This document shows, piece after piece, positions 63,470 to 64,000 of a DNA stretch of 64,000 nt. Below the pieces are notes generated by a model. It was not told the DNA's origin and ran no database searches. It saw nothing but the letters and a program-made list of their open reading frames with translations. Numbering within the stretch: the stretch's first letter is position 1; every line of letters starts with the position of its first letter. Source of the stretch: Orbicella franksi (taxonomy: Eukaryota); NCBI GenBank assembly GCA_964199315.1, contig OZ116698.1, forward strand, positions 23,994,001 to 24,058,000, in the 5' to 3' direction. The position numbers were made by a program, and so were the translations under genes.

Positions 63470-64000
63470 CTGTCGAGTAAAGAAATAAGTTGGCAACGAC
63501 CATTAGCAGATGAATTATATAAACCCATAAAGCGTAACTTTACTCCACAGCATGTTATTGCAAATCATATTCATTTTGATGAAATATGGCGTTCTGACCT
63601 TACTGAAATGCAACAATTCAGTAAATGGAATAAGGGCTACAGATATCTTCTTATGGTCTTAGATGTGTTTAGTAGATATGCTTGGATTGTACCATTGAAA
63701 GATAAAAAAGGTGAATCTGTTGCTGAAGCATTTAAAACATCTCTAAGGGAGGTGGAAAACCACAATATTTATGGACAGACAAAGGTAAAGAATATTATAA
63801 CAAACACTTGAAAGACTTCTTAGACAAAAATAAAATAGCATTGTACTCAACAGAAAATGAGGAAAAGTCATCTGTTTGTGAAAGATGGAATGAAACCATT
63901 AAGACTAAAATGTGGAAGCAGTTTACTGTTCAAGGTAATACACAGTATTTAGACATCCTACCCAAAATATTGAAACAGTATAATAACACTAAACACAGTT
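63470..64000 (+). pseudogene. Polinton retroviral-like (rve) integrase, partial
   Basis: LADELYKP..RNF; WRSDLTEM; YLLMVLDVFSRYAWIVPLKDK. After a frameshift at ~63745: PQYLWTDKGKEYYN and SSVCERWN.TIK. D-D-E residues are present. Confidence 0.9.

Larger units (their letters stand above)
56900..64000 (+). mobile_element. Decayed Polinton/Maverick (adintovirus-like) endogenous viral element, running past the window end
   Basis: Very AT-rich, intronless, tightly packed ORF remnants: capsid-like, core/pX-like, adenain-like protease, parvovirus-type PLA2 and rve integrase. pPolB, penton and terminal repeats were not identified in the window. Confidence 0.85.

Overview
This is AT-rich eukaryotic genomic DNA with spliceosomal introns, SINEs, LINEs and MITEs. 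The repeat families resemble those I recall from stony corals (Anthozoa); that taxonomic call is inference. The window has four zones. (1) 1-12 kb: a decayed, intron-containing Kolobok/'Mutator-like' DDE transposase fused to a DEDDh exonuclease (minus strand), riddled with MITEs. (2) 12.75-39.6 kb: one apparently intact giant minus-strand host gene. I assembled 12 phase-consistent coding exons (19,985 nt, about 6,660 aa, 5' end not found), including a single 12,045-bp exon. Its predicted architecture is vitellogenin/LLTP-like lipid-transfer domain, about 1,000 aa amphipathic helical region, beta-rich domains, about 30 FN3-like repeats with an embedded FG-GAP-like propeller and Cys-rich module, ZU5/GPS-like 'CHL|TQF' autoproteolysis motif, Calx-beta, single TM helix, and a tail with four NPxY-like motifs. 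This membrane-tethered lipoprotein-like receptor is the most novel-looking object here. (3) 40-55 kb: RTE LINE fragments and a Ginger-like integrase DNA transposon with TIRs and inverted ~84-bp tandem arrays. A full-length BEL/Pao LTR retrotransposon sits inside it and itself carries an in-frame LINE tail. (4) 55-64 kb: GC-rich tandem repeats, then a decayed Polinton/Maverick (adintovirus-like) endogenous virus running off the right edge. It carries a VLTF3-like factor, capsid, core protein, protease, parvovirus-type PLA2 and integrase. All domain assignments come from motif recognition by eye; no database searches were run.
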